64,000 bases of DNA from the human T2T-CHM13v2.0 reference genome, Homo sapiens, in assembly GCF_009914755.1 (NCBI RefSeq), contig NC_060933.1, one strand, 5' to 3'. Positions 18,191-37,063 of this stretch are shown in pieces. The notes under the pieces were generated by a model. The model was not told where the DNA came from. It was given only the letters and a program-made list of their open reading frames with translations, and did not search any database. How positions within the stretch are numbered: the stretch's first letter is position 1; every line of letters starts with the position of its first letter. Both the position numbers and the translations under genes were made by a program.

Positions 18191-18697
18191 TGACAGGATC
18201 TCGCTCTGTCACTCAGGTTGGAGTGCAGTGGCACGATCACGACACACTGCAACCTTGACCTCCCCAGGCTCAAGTGATCCTCCCGCCTCAGACTCCCAAA
18301 GTGCTGGGATTACAGGCATGAGCCACTGTGCTTGGCTGATTCTTTCTTAAAAATAACATTTTATAGGCATAAAATAAAATCATGTACTTAGAATTAAAAA
18401 TGACGCCAACTATATGATATATTGTTATCAAAATATTAAAACAATAAATTAATGATATAGTGGTATCAATATTTACCAGCCCATTCAACAACAAGATTTA
18501 GCAGCAGGTCAATGGCAGAATTGTGGGGCACTTTGGTTTCTCTAGCTTCTAAAATTGAATGAGTCTTTTCCCCATGTTTTCTAGACCCTGGAAAGTTCTA
18601 ACTTTGTCCCCATCCACCCCAATGTCCTGATCCTCCCAGTTATTTATAAGGAAAATATATTATATAATATTACATAGTAGATATGGCTTTTCTATGA

Positions 18698-22082
<3,385 letters not shown>

Positions 22083-23749
22083 CTCTTTCTTTTGATTAAA
22101 AAAAATATTCAAACTTTCAACAGAATAGACCAGCAGCCTCTCTCCATGAGTAAACCAGAGAATGAGCCAGGCACGGCTGCGTTCTCCACGGGCTGTGCTT
22201 CACTCCTCTTGGCATGTTGGCCATGGCATCCTGAGTTTGCTCGCCTCACTCCACCTCCAGACCCGTGGACATCCTCCAACTGTTTCTACAGTCCAAGTTA
22301 GGACTCAATGGGTGTTGAATCACACATAGGATAAGGCTGGGGAGTCATTCAAGAAAAATTACTTGTTGGGACCCACACAGGGTTCATAGTATCTATTGCA
22401 GAGTACTTTCACATCCCATATTCTGGCCTTCAATCTTATAGTTCCACAGATGCAGTATTGCCAGGGTCCCAGGATTTCCCAGGTAAAGGGAGACCGATGA
22501 TGTTCACTTTGCTCACAACAGATTCCATGGAAAGCCCAAACTGCTAGGGTATTTAGCTGACCACGAGAAATGTAACTGCCCCAATGACTCTCTATTAGTG
22601 CCATCTATATGAGAAGCTAAACATTAACCAGAGGGTTGCTTGGTAAGCATGAAGGAAGGGCAGGGGAGTTAACAGAATGAGTTGTGTATTTAAAGTCCCA
22701 GGTTAGGTCAGACCAGGGCCAGGACACTCAATCTTGCCAACAAGATGAGATAAGACCAACCTTTGAGCCAGAGAATTTTATCCCCTGGAAGTTTCCCATC
22801 CTGGAGATGACTTGTGCTTGCCAGACGTTGTTGGATGGGCATTGGAAATATTTCCCCTGGCCTCTGTCACCTGCCCCCAGCACAATGCACTGAGCAGTCA
22901 CTGAGAGAAAGTTAGACAATAAACACTCATAGCCTGGAGACACAGAATCCCTTATTCTAACCCTGCATTCACATTAGGAGGTCATCACCTTTCTGAAATA
23001 AGATGCCATGTGGTTTTCCTTTATTCATCATGAAGGAATACAGGTGAAAGTAAGCCAAAAATAAAAACTAAAAAGTGGGCCTCTGTTCCAAATATCTTTC
23101 AATATCATTTAGTGGCTTATGTATGTAGTTAAGAGCTGTTTTACAAAACAGATACTACCAGGAGGTGTAAGCCCACCTAATACTCATAACTTAGTGCATG
23201 TAAATGAAGAAGTTTTTGGTGAGATCTAATGCTTGGCTTACAAAAAAGTGACCATTAAGAACATTACATAAGAAGCAGCTGAGTCCTACTGAGTCTCAAC
23301 ATCTTGCTGAAGTCCACACCACTGGTTAGTGGAAGAGGCAAAGTCTATTCTTGTTCTCGTTAACACTTTTATAATGTATTAGTGGCCAAACTCCACTTCC
23401 ACATGTATGTCTGAGGTTGAAAACCACTGGTGTATTGAAATAGACATATGTGAGCAGATGCTTAGTGTGTTGTTATATGATTGAGGTGGCTAAAGAGTTA
23501 CAGGAATAACAAGGCAGGCAACCAATCCAGTCTAAGGCTTGGAAAGGGTCCATGAAGACTTTAGAGTGAAATTGATTCTTGTGTGAGCTGAGTTGTGAAG
23601 GGTAAGTTTAGAGTTTAATTAGGTAAAGGATATGGGGGAAATAATCCAGGCAGATAAGAGTCCCTGGACAAACACTCAGGGGTTTCCAATTTTTTCATCT
23701 GCTATCTTCACCTCCTATCCTTATTCACAATTTTGCCTTAACCCATAAC

Positions 23750-24650
23750 CTCCTTCCATTGGATGTACACCCTGGGATGTATACCCATGGAAGAGGATGC
23801 ACTAGCAGCTGCCATGTGTCAGGCATTTGAGAAATAAGGGAGCAATAGTCATCACAAGGACAGTGCAATTGGTTGGCTGTGGTTAAGTTCCACTGATGCC
23901 CTAGGAAAAGGTAGCAAAGAGCTGAGATTGATTAATCAGCCATTAAATAAATTCTAAGTGGGAAGGCCAGAGGGCCTCCCTGGAAACACACCAAGAGACT
24001 CTCATCTCTTAATTTGGAAGGGGAAAGGGGTTCAAATAGGAAGATCCAGGCCAGAATTTAATTGTAAGAGTAGCTGAAGTAGGTCTGCTATGCCAAAAGC
24101 ATTGGGAAAAATGGGCACGGACACAGGGAAGGGCACATCTGTGTTGACGCCCCTCCCTGCCAAGAATCTTGAGTCTCCAGATTGCCCTTGCATTAGACCA
24201 TTCTTTTGTAGCTATAGAGAAATACCAAAGGCAGCGAACTGAATGAGCAAGAACTTATCACCAAGGGAATGGTGCTGAGCCATTTATGAGGCATCCACCC
24301 CCACGATCCAGTCACCTCCCACCAGGCCCCATCTCCAACACTGGGAATTACATTTCAACATGAGATTTGGAAGGGACAATTACCCAAATTATATCAGCCC
24401 TGAACCCTCTGAGCCTGCACAAATGGCCCACTTCTCTTTATGGAGGGCTAGAAACACACCACGTGCACAGACACACACACACACAAACACACACACATCA
24501 ATTCCAAGGCCTCTCTACAAGACATCATGTACTCTCTTCAGGGTGTCACCCATCTTCCCTCCTCACTGCTAGGTCAATAACTAGGGTTAAGTCATAAAGT
24601 AACTGTGTCAAGAAAATGCTCGACTGCTATGGGAGGAAAAGAACTATACC
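23750..24650 (+). mobile_element. Old ERVL-class internal fragment (ERV3-16A3_I-like, gag region), interrupted by younger LTRs
   Basis: Motifs aatcttgagtctccagatt|ccctgaaccctctgagcctgcacaaatggcccac and aataactagggttaagtca...gggaggaaaagaactatacccc match my memory of ERVL-class internal consensus. Confidence 0.55.
24189..24396 (-). mobile_element. MST-type MaLR solo LTR, internally deleted
   Basis: TG...CA ends, MST motifs (cacctcccaccaggccccatctccaacactgggaattacatttcaacatgagatttgg) and a 5-bp TSD GCCCT at 24184-24188 and 24397-24401. Confidence 0.85.
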
Positions 24651-24654
24651 CCTT

Positions 24655-25019
24655 TATATTAGTCTGTTTTCATGCTGCTGATAAAGACATACCCAAGCCT
24701 GGAAAGAAAAAGATGTTTAATGGAATTACGTTTCCACATGGCTGAGAAGGCTTCACAATCATGACGGAAGGCAAGAAGGAGCAAGTCATATCTTACATGG
24801 ATGGTGGCAGGCAAAGAGACAGAGTTTCTGCACGGGAACTGCTCCTTTTAAAACCATCAGATCTTATGAGACTCATTCACTATCATGAGAACAGTGCAGG
24901 AAATACCTGCCCCTATAATTTAATCACCTCCCACTGGGTTCCTCCTGTGACACATGGGAATTGTGCAAGTTACAATTCAAAATGAGATTTGGGTGGGAAC
25001 AAAGCCAAACCATGTCTCA
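24655..25019 (-). mobile_element. THE1-type MaLR solo LTR
   Basis: tatattagtctgttttcatgctgctgataaagacataccc...gagatttgggtggg...gccaaaccat; 5-bp TSD CCCTT. Confidence 0.92.
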
Positions 25020-25830
25020 CCCTTCTAGGTCCAATTTCAGGATTAACTAACTGGGAGAATATGCCTGAGAGTGGATTCTGAGGGTGCCCAACCACGGTGG
25101 GGTGCCCAACCATGGTGAGTACAAGAAAGTTTGAATACAAAAGAATTTACCAATATGAGAACACTCTCCCATGTCACAGGATATAATAATACCCTGGCAG
25201 GGACCTGAGGGAGGGTGAGTGCACACTGTAGGATGGCTCCTAGGACCATGGAAAAAACAATGCCTCATACCAGTGACAAAATTGCTGTGACAGACAGTAG
25301 TACACAGTGAAGAGAGGGAAGACTTGTTTGGCATGTCTTCTGTCCTGCCCAATTTGATGGTAAATGACAAGTGCAGATATCTTAGCCTATTTTTTAAATC
25401 ATGTCATCACTCTGAAGATTTCCAAATCAGTCAAGAGGATGCTGTTGGTGTCAAGACCTGTACCCCCAAAAATGCCCCATAAAGCACTGCTATGGTTGTC
25501 CAGAAACACTGAGAGACTCCCAGACTATTGAGGTTTTACTGGACCCTAAGTAGTTATAGTTTCTGGAGTTCCCTCACCTCCCACTACTCCAACACTAATC
25601 AGAACAATATCCCTGTACCCGACTAAGTTGTAAGATTTGTGACTCTGGCTTATGAGACCCCCTTATGCTGGGCAGTTTGGATATTTGCACTTTACTATGA
25701 GATGGGTTCCATTACCGCCAAGGACAAAGTGAAACCAGGGAAGAAAAAGAGGCAGTTGGGTATCCCCTGTGTAATAATCAATTTCAGGTGAACTATTATT
25801 CTTCTCTGGTAACAAGAAATAATTTTAGTT

Positions 25831-26174
<344 letters not shown>

Positions 26175-27203
26175 TTAGGAAGCAGTCTCTGAGCTTTATT
26201 TTTCAGTACTTAATCTATATTATCTATTGATTTGCAGGTTCTAGCAGGTCAGCTATTTTATTACATGAATTCTTTTCCATTTTAAAAATCAGCAATGTGA
26301 ATGGTTTTGACACTACTTGGACTTCCTTGATCTATGTGAACTTTGTTCTTTGGGAATGTCGAGCTGGCAAGGCTCGATTTTAGATCAGCAGAGTGACCTT
26401 AGCCCACATAGCAATTATTCCCTGATCATTTGTTGCAAAATGCCACAGCCTTCCATCATTCTGATTTCTCCTGGGCAGAGTAGATGTTCACTCTGGTTAC
26501 AATGTAAGGAGAATTGGGAAAGCCCTCTTATTTCTTCTCACATAAACTGGCTTCTTAGAAATATTCTCCCAAACAATGCTAGAAATTCCACTGTCATAGA
26601 ATACTGCTGTGACCCTATGAATGGGGTCCTCTGTATGATGCAGTGCTGCTTTAGTGCAAGGTTCAAGATGTGAGCTGGGAGAACCCACTGTGCGGACTGA
26701 AACCTATCCCCAGTCCTATTATATTGGAATTTGAGCTATCACAGGAGTGTGCTATCATCAGGTTCCAAGGTTTAGCAATCTGATCATCTGGGTTACACAT
26801 TGAACTCTCCCTGTGTTTCTCATGTAGTGTGTAAGAACCTATCAGATTCTCTACTTCTTGTGTAAAGAGTGAAAATCATTGGTGGGACAAACATCGGGAG
26901 GATCATGAATAAGTGAATTAGTGGAGGGAGTAGGGAAAGGGAAGGGGCTTGGCAAATAGGGATGAACGCCAGTTTTGGGCTGAAGTAGTTTCATCAAATA
27001 AAAGACCAAATAGTGCCATGAAATGGGCCTTGAACTACTTGTCAAAGGCCCAAGAACCTTAGAGAGCTAGTGTCATCTTAAACATGACATTTAATGTTTA
27101 TCACAATTCCTTCATCTGTAAAATGCAAGGTACTATGCCTGCTCTAACTAGCTCCCTGACTGAGGGTGAAACCTAAATTTGTATTTCTGAAAACTCTCCA
27201 TAA

Positions 27204-27623
<420 letters not shown>

Positions 27624-28482
27624 TAGAATTGAATTAATACTTGTGAGCCATATGAAGAAGTAGAAGAGCTTCCACTTGACAATTTTGCCTGGTGGCAGTC
27701 CTGGAACTGTTAGTACAGAGCTGACTCCAGTCAACCAAGCTCCTTTGGGCAAATCATGGTACTGGGAAAAGAAGTGGTTGGACATATTGGTCAATGATAT
27801 GCAATTAACTCTTCAGTTTCTTCTTGGTTACTTCCCTGTTGTGCAATATTCCTGTGGAACCACAAGGTTCTATAGATCAGGGAAGACAATGTTAGCCAAA
27901 TATAGCCTACTCCACTCATTTTTTTCTCTACATCAATATCCACAGTTAGCTATTTATTGGCGAGATCAATTCATTTTTACATTCTTACAAATAAGTACTT
28001 TTTTTTTTAACCAAAGATGAATTAAAGTATGATTCTGAACATCATGGCCTACGTACGTGTGTGTGTGAGTGTGTGTGTGCGTTTTCAATTTCAGTCAACG
28101 AAAGTAATCACATGATCAAATAATAAAAAATAGCAATAATATTTTGAGCACATTTTATATTCTAGCTACTATGCCAAGAATTATATGTGTACTATTTTAC
28201 TTAATTCTAACAGTGAAATAAAGTAGCCATTTGTATTCTCATGCTGAGAAAGTGGGATTTAAGATGATGCCACATGACAAGATCACATAGTCATAAGTAG
28301 CAGATCCAGGACCCAAATTCAGCTTTGTCTGATTCCAAATCCCAGGCTCTTATTCGCTTTCCTCTCCTATCTTCACCTAACGGCATCTATTACGAGGAAG
28401 GTGTGCTGCTTACTGGAGATAGAAGTATGAACAAAGTAGTATTTCTGTCCTCGATCAAGCTCTTGTGACTTTAAGAATAGTT

Positions 28483-28745
28483 GGCCTGGCGCGGTGACTC
28501 ACGCCTGTAATCCAGCACTTTGGGAGGCCGAGGTGGGCAGATCAGGAGGTCAGGAGATCAAGATCATCCTGGGTAGCTGGGATTATAGGTACCCCCCACT
28601 ATGCCTAGCTAATTTTCGTGTCTTCAGTGGAGACGGGGTTTTACCATGTTGGCCGGGCTGCTCTTGAACTCCTGACGTCAGGTGATTGACCCTCCTTGGC
28701 CTCCCAAAGTGCTGGGATTACAGGCATGAGCCACCACGCGGGGCC
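28483..28745. mobile_element. Fused inverted Alu remnants: (+) 28483-28572 joined to (-) 28573-28745
   Basis: Orientation switches at ...atcatcctgg|gtagctgggattata...; both tails are missing. Confidence 0.88.
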
Positions 28746-29528
28746 TGCTTGATTCTATGACCATAGTTTGACATTTATTTCTCTAACTTCGGGTATTACA
28801 AATGGCACCTACATTGATTTAGTTCTATCTGTAAATCTGTATTGCAATTAACTTTTTTCTTTAAATCCCATTTTTCAGACTTAAACTCAATTATTTAAGT
28901 AGAAAACTTTACATAAAGCCATAAATAAGAAACTAGCTATACCAAATCTATAAAAGGCCAGCAACTCTTACTATAAATAGAAGAAAACCATGAACATAAA
29001 TGTATTATGAACAAAATAATGTTATTGAATTCTAGCTAGATACTGTGGCCTATAGAAAGTTCTAACTCTGAGGTCTCTTGTCTCTTTTAAAAAGATAAAT
29101 TAACAAGGCTACAGAAATGTTAAATATTTTTTATACCAAACTGAGCCTGTGTCCTAGATTTAAGAAGGATTAAAAATTCAAATGCAAACAATGTTCTCAT
29201 TATGTGATTATGTGAAATTCAATATTGCTTAATGCAGTGCCTGGGAGATCAGTCCTGAAGTACCTGTCATCTCACACTTTATCAGTTGTTCATATAGAAT
29301 ATTTTCTAGTATACACTGTACTATTCTTCTAAATTGCCTTAAAAAATAGTAGAATGATGAATCTGATGGGGAAAAAGAGTCTTAGGGCAATCACCACCAT
29401 TTTCAAATCCTGGAAGATTGACATGTGAGAGAATACTGGTTTATTCTTGTTTGCCCCAGAAAGTGCTACCTAGCACAAACAGTGACATTTTCAAATGCAA
29501 CTTTTGGCTCATTAAAATATACATATGA

Positions 29529-30383
<855 letters not shown>

Positions 30384-30489
30384 CTAAGATCCTTTTTAAC
30401 TCTACAATTTTCTAAGACTCTGTGGTGCTTCTAGAAGCTCAAAGATCACTGAACATTTAAGATCCTATAACTGAGGATCTTACCCCACA

Positions 30490-31268
30490 CTAAGGTTTTC
30501 AATCTCAGCACTATTGACATTTTGGACTGAATAACTTTGTGGTGGGAGGCTGTGCTGCTAAACATCTTAGATCCCTGTTTTTTTCTTATTAGATGCCAGT
30601 CATAACCCACCCCCCCACCTTCAACTGTTACAACCAAAATTATTTTCAGACATTGCCAAGTGCTCCCTGGGGAGTGTAAGAATTAAATAAAGAGGAGAGA
30701 AACACGAAGGGTGGCTCTACAGTCAACAGAGACAGGTTTATTTTAAACAAGCCTGAGAAAGGCTTCTGGCCGAGTTAGGTCAACGCCACACTCTCTTACA
30801 GACTGAGTTTTTAAGGATTCAGGGTGGGAGAGTTTATCAGAGGCTGAGACTGCTTCTGTGTCTCTTTGTTGTGCTTATATGGGAGGGAGAGTTGTGTATC
30901 TGTTCCCATACATCTGTCTGCAGCTGCAGGCATACCCCCGAGTCTGCTTTTGGCTTCCCTATCTTAGTGCACCTGAAGGAGAAGGAATGTGCTTATTAAG
31001 GACCACTGTTTTACTGGGGCCCATTGTATGAGGGTGAAGTTTGGCAGTTACCCAAGAGACTTCCCACCACCTCCCTCTGTGCCCAAGCTGTTTTATCTGT
31101 GTTTTACTGTCTGCTCTTTCTGGCGGCTTGTAGTTAGAAGAGAAGTGATTGCCTTGAAACGCATGAGGCTAGAAAGGGAGCTGGAACTTAAAGTGGTGGT
31201 GTTTGTCCAAGATGATGGTGCTCCTGCTCTCTCAGGGAGCAGAACCGCTCTTAGTTGAAAATCACTGC
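30490..31268. mobile_element. MER20 (hAT-Charlie) DNA transposon split by an LTR
   Basis: ctcagcactattgacattttgg...cagacattgccaagtgctccctgggg | ...gttgaaaatcactg matches MER20. Confidence 0.8.
30675..31234 (-). mobile_element. ERV1-class solo LTR (MER61/LTR20-like; subfamily uncertain)
   Basis: 560 bp with TG...CA ends; the minus strand starts TGAGAGAGCAGGAGCACCATCATCTTGGACAAAC; minus-strand AATAAA near 30737; TSD GGGAG at 30670-30674 and 31235-31239. Confidence 0.8.
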
Positions 31269-32061
31269 CCCAGACCAACTTCTCTGTATGCATCTACTCT
31301 TCTTATGAGGCAGGAATCAATATTTCTTGCATACTTCTACTGTTGCACTTAACACATCTAACAATCATCTATTGAGTGTCTACAGCATGCCAGGTACTGC
31401 ATTAAACGCTGTTTCCATAGCAGTAAAGGAGACAGATCTGCTCCTCACAGAGCCCCATGATGGGTCGATGGAGTATGCAGGAGTTGAAGGGGGAAGAGAC
31501 ACCTGCAGACAGTTTATCACAGCCACGTGTGTGCCTGTCGGTTTCTGCCATTATCTTATAAGCTTCTTAAGGATAAGAGTCATGACTTTTTAAAATCTTT
31601 CAATTTCTAGGGCTTAACAGAATACCTGGCATATACAAGGCGCTCAACAAATGTTCATAGACTAAATGAATGAGAAAGTAAGAGATTGGGGAAAGGCGAG
31701 AACTGGTAACAGCACATTAAACAACAGTGACAACAGCAACATCAATCATATTTAATTGACTAGGGAAAGAGAATAATTTATGTAATTAAGTTTTTATTGC
31801 ATTTATGAAACATCTGTATCGTTGTATCTTTCCATGCATTTCGTGTTATATTGTTTTTATGGTCATAGTCCATCATCCTAACACATCTAAGAATATCTAA
31901 AAATATGGACAAGGCATGGGCTGCTATTCCTCTTTCAAGCACTTTACCTTAAGGTTAGCAAGTAAAAATTTGATGAACAGAAATGATCAAAGTAGGGCTT
32001 TTTTTATATGACTTGTTCGAACCCAGCATTTTGGTGTAGTTGGTCAAATGCAGCTTTACTG

Positions 32062-32445
32062 GATTTTGTAATCAATTTTAGGATGACATGAGGAATGGGT
32101 AAAAATTATACACATTAATGATAAAATTGACATTGTTATATTATATGTTCTGGGCCATTAAAATATTTCTCCATTGAAATACATATATCAAAATGTCCCA
32201 TACTGGGAAATGACCGTAATTAGCTAAAAGGAAGTACATTCCTTATGGCACCAAAATGTTAAATGCCTTTCTTCTAAGTCATGGTGACCACACCTCTAAC
32301 CTGAATCCATGTAGTCTGTAGTCTGAGATCTAAGGGAAGAGAAGTCTCTAAATAAAAATGGGAAGAGTCATTCCAGGCCAAGTGCAGTAGCTTACACCTG
32401 TAATCCCAGGGCTTTGGGAAGTTGAGGCAGGAGGATCACTTGAGG
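32062..32445 (+). repeat. Copy 1 of an approximately 380-bp local duplication (ends inside a FLAM/AluJ monomer at 32376-32507)
   Basis: Aligns to 33402-33783 at about 92% by manual count. Confidence 0.95.
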
Positions 32446-32809
32446 ACAAGAGTTCGGGACCAGATTGCATGCAGTATAGGGAGACCCTCGCCTCTAATAA
32501 AAAAAAATGCTCCATTATTCATTTCATCTTTTTACCCTTCCTCCTGTGATTCTTAGTGTGAGGGCAGGGAATCTCAGTTTTATATCCTACACAATGCATA
32601 GCATCTTACTCATAAGAGGCACAAAATAAGGTTTTGTTTTGAGAGGAAAATGAAAGCATCTTGCAATAACTATTTAACTTACATCATGTATTCTACTATA
32701 TTTTATCAATATTTATGCGGGTTATATTTCTAATTATATCTGTGCCTATCAGTTAGTTGTAGGTAACTTTTAATCAAAAGCCTGTACCTACCACACCCTA
32801 ATAAAAACC

Positions 32810-33800
32810 TGCTGTTTTTGCTGCCCAGCACCCATTCACCTTCTTCTGGACACTATATTCCAAGTTCTCTAGGGAACCCCGCGTTCCCTACCCTGAGTGC
32901 CTGTACTTCCTCACCTACCTGCTCCTTAACTAACAGATGGGGCATGAGACCCAGATCAGAGTGTCACATGTCACCTTGCCCCGGCTATAATGCTTTTGTT
33001 ATTGTTGTTAGGGCTGGGCATATCAGCCTATTGTGGCAAATAAGATGATGAGTTTGGTTTTTGTATTTTTCTGAAACTTTTGGGAAAGGTCGCTTCGCTT
33101 TTTCTTCACCTGAATTTGAGAGTATAAAGTCTAGAGCTGTTGTCATCACCTTGTGATCATGAGGAGGGAGACGTCAGAGAATGGAGTCTGTGTGGAAGAG
33201 AGAAGGAGAAGGGAAGAGCGGGAAAAGAGGAGGAAAGAGGGCAGAGAGAGAAGTTGGGTGCTGTAGACAGTGATTGAACCTACAACAAAGCTGCGCTGCC
33301 AGAAAGAGTGTGACCATAGATTTTTCATTGTTGTTGTTGTTATGCAAAACAATATATTCCCATTCCCATTTAGACTGCAGAGTTTTAGCTGGTTTTTGAT
33401 TGATTTTGTAATCAATCTTAGGATGACATGAGGAATGGGTAAAAATTATACATATTAATGATAAAATTGATGTTGTCATATTATGTGTTCCGGGCCATTA
33501 AAATATTTCTCCATTGAAATAAGTATAGCAAAATGTCCCATATCTGGAAATGACTGTAATTAACTAAAAGGAAGTACATACCTCACGGCACCAAAATGTT
33601 AAATGCCATTCTTCTAAGTCATGGTGACCACACCTCTGACCTGAATCCATGTAGTCTGTAGTCTGAGATCTAAGGGAAGCAAAGTCTGTAAATAAAAGTG
33701 AGAAGAGTCATTCCAGGCCAAACAGTAGCTTACACCTGTAATCCCAGGGCTTTGGGAAGTCGAGGCAGGAGGATCGCTTGAGGTTTTCTGTCACTTTCAG
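32810..33800 (+). mobile_element. Old MLT1(J/K/L)-type LTR interrupted near its 3' end by duplication copy 2
   Basis: gctgcccagcacccattcaccttcttctgg...tagagctgttgtcatcaccttgtgatcatgagg...; the terminal motif gttttctgtcactt resumes at 33783. Confidence 0.6.
33402..33783 (+). repeat. Copy 2 of the approximately 380-bp local duplication
   Basis: Direct repeat at offset 1340. Confidence 0.95.
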
Positions 33801-35171
33801 CCTTGTCTGAACTTACACATGCTCCAAATCCCAATCACATGTTTTTCATTTCATAGCATATTTTGGTAATATGGACACTATGGCAATTTTAATGCTCCAT
33901 GGGGGAGAATGAGTGATTCTGAACTGGAGTTTTATTATATATAACTTAGCATTAATTTGTCTAATATTAATATTTACTGATTCCCTATTATATGCCATTC
34001 CACAAAGAATTCCAAAAACACAAACCACACTTCTAAAAGCAATAACAAAAATTGCTTCTCAGAGATGGTTTCTTCCTTCTTATTAGGGCTGGATTCTTCT
34101 CACAACTATAGTTAGTGGGTTTTGCATTTTATATGGAAGAGTGTTACATAAATGGTAAATTTCATTTATATATAATATTAAAAATCATCCCTTTAGAAAT
34201 ATACACAAAGGAAGGAAGTTTTGACACTCATTTATAGTTTTTCAAATAAGTTTAATTTTACCTATTTAAATAATATTGTGAGAATTCCTTAGAATTTTTT
34301 TTTCCTTAAAATCATTGTTATGACAATTTAACTTGAGCTTCAGTTGGTTTTTACTTTCTGTATGAAATTTACACCTATCTAAAGAGGCACTAATTGTGTA
34401 GCATCTGTAGGGATGATAATGTTTGGCTTTCTGCTAGAGTGGAGTCCAATCTCATTATGGTTTCCAGGAACATGGAGTCTAGGAACATGCATGCAATGAC
34501 TCTCAGCACCTCGGCTAGCATGCATTGTTAGCTGAGGTAAGCGTCTTTTCACTTTAGATCCACGGTCAGCTCAAACCAGTTAAGCTGCACATTAATAACC
34601 TTGGGAAAAACCAATCCTTCTCTGAGATCCCCAGAATGAGAGCCTAATAGGATTCATTTCATGCCCTAGGTCTCAGTTATCAATGTGGCACATTAGAGAT
34701 GTATAGATTCTTCTATCTCAAAGCAGAAAAGTGGCAAAGTAGCTCCCAAAAATGTGTGAAATCATTTCAGTGGCTTCCCGACTCTACTTCAATATTGATC
34801 AACTTGGAGTCCCAGGATGCTTAGGAGGATTGTTCAACAAATTCAAGCTGTTTCTTGAGTCTCTAACTTTTCACAAAGGTTTAACAGAATTTGTCCAACT
34901 TGAGATAGGTTGCATGGGCTAAGTAAAATGTTAGACCTGCATTTGATTTGAATTATGTGAACTCGACATGCTAGATAGTTCATGTTCATCAGAAGTTCTG
35001 ATTGGTAGTTATTTTGGTCTTTGATGAATGAGAAGTGGGGAAATCTTTCATTTAACAGCTTTTATTGAGTTTCTGTCTTGTACTAGTTTTCTTGATACAA
35101 TGTAAAACTTAAGGTATGTAAGTAGCAGGAATAAGGAAATGAATCCTTGGGAATAAAGAAGTATGGAAACT

Positions 35172-37063
<1,892 letters not shown>

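Noticed and set aside
22660-23060. TATTTAAA, AGGTCA, NF-kB-like motifs and a possible AAA|GTAAGC donor suggesting another promoter or exon
   Set aside because: Each motif is weak and common, and there is no CpG island or other independent support.
25082-25117. Short tandem duplications (GGGTGCCCAACCA(C/T)GGTG x2; also about 8557, 50912 and 56671)
   Set aside because: Two-copy slippage duplications with no spacers; not CRISPR-like or otherwise organised arrays.
34380-34720. STAT-type TTCCAGGAA (34462-34470) and a partial REST-like TCAGCACCTCGGCTAG (about 34503)
   Set aside because: Short or mismatched motifs are expected by chance in 64 kb and cannot be supported without conservation or ChIP data.
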